A DNA stretch of 64,000 bases from positions 38,936,001 through 39,000,000 of the forward strand of contig NC_135890.1 in NCBI RefSeq assembly GCF_964194155.1, written 5' to 3'. The position numbers and the translations under genes are program-made. The DNA comes from Cetorhinus maximus (lineage: Eukaryota). The notes beneath the pieces are model-generated. The model was not told the origin of the DNA. It did no database searches and saw nothing but the letters and a program-made list of their open reading frames with translations. Shown piece by piece: positions 63,243-64,000 of this stretch. The stretch's first letter is position 1; the number at the start of each line of letters is the position of its first letter.

Positions 63243-64000
63243 TGGTATAATCTGATTGCCATTATGGAGTTGTGGCTGCAAGGTGACCAAGGCTAGGAAC
63301 TGAATATTCAAGGGTATTCGACATTGAAACGGTAGGCAAAAAGGGAAAGGAGACGGGGTAGCACTGTTAATAAAGGATGAGGTGAGTACATTAGTGAGAG
63401 AGGATCTTAGATTGGAAGATCAAGATGTTTAATCAGTTTGGTTAGAGCTAAGAAACAGCAAGGGGCTGCAAACATTGGTGGGAGTTGTTTGTAGGCCACC
63501 AAATAGTAGTGGTAATGTGTGGCACGTTATAAATCAGGAAATGAGAGCTGCTTGTAACTAGGATAATTAGAGTAAACATGGGTGACTTCAGTCTACATAT
63601 AGATTGGTTAAATCGATCAGCACTAATGCTGTGAAGGACAACTTGGTTCCTCAAATACTGTTCTAGAAAACTAACAAGGGAACGGGCTATTTTAGAACTA
63701 ACATTATGCAATGAGAGAGGGATAATAATCTTATTGTAAAGGAACTTTTGGGGAAGACTGACCATAATATAATCGAATTTTACGTTACATTTGAAAGTGA
63801 TGTCATTCAATCCAAAACTAGGGTCCTAAATCTAAACAAAGGAAACTACAAAGGTATGAGGGGCAAGTTGGCTGTGGTAGATCGGGAAACTACATTAACA
63901 GATATGACAGTAGACAGGCAATGGCTAGGATTTAAAGAATTAATGCATGGTTTACAACAAATTTACATTCCTTTGAGGCACAAAAACCCAATAGGAAATG
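63243..64000 (+). mobile_element. CR1 LINE endonuclease region, runs off the window
   Basis: LIAI.E.WLQGDQG, GDF, LGKTDHN motifs with frameshifts. Confidence 0.85.

Overview
Eukaryotic (vertebrate) DNA, most likely a shark or other elasmobranch, inferred from the CR1/HER1-type tails and a SacSINE1/Deu-type SINE. The window lies inside one large gene on the + strand. It holds four coding exons of a Flamingo/CELSR adhesion GPCR, best matching CELSR1 (EGF-like repeats into the first laminin-G domain), at 1-120, 31371-31593, 44923-45038 and 55231-55319, with canonical GT-AG junctions and compatible phases. The rest is intron filled with decayed mobile DNA: nested CR1 LINEs, a second CR1-group LINE family, L2 and RTE fragments, Penelope-like elements (PLEs) with minimal hammerhead ribozyme motifs, a 5'-truncated Gypsy element plus a solo LTR, tRNA-derived SINEs and MITEs. 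Most ORFs in the track are transposon debris or spurious. Best candidate for something new: a ~3.2 kb single-ORF (endonuclease + RT) LINE at ~21876-25097 that starts with a tRNA-derived Pol III promoter and has almost no TTTT terminators on its sense strand, i.e. a possible Pol III-transcribed protein-coding retrotransposon. Also notable: a recurring CUGUUGA hammerhead core variant, a PLE-bracketed CR1 cargo with a 14-bp TSD, and a 470-bp LTR-like insert with 28-bp terminal inverted repeats. Everything was read by eye with no database search; repeat boundaries are approximate unless a TSD is quoted.
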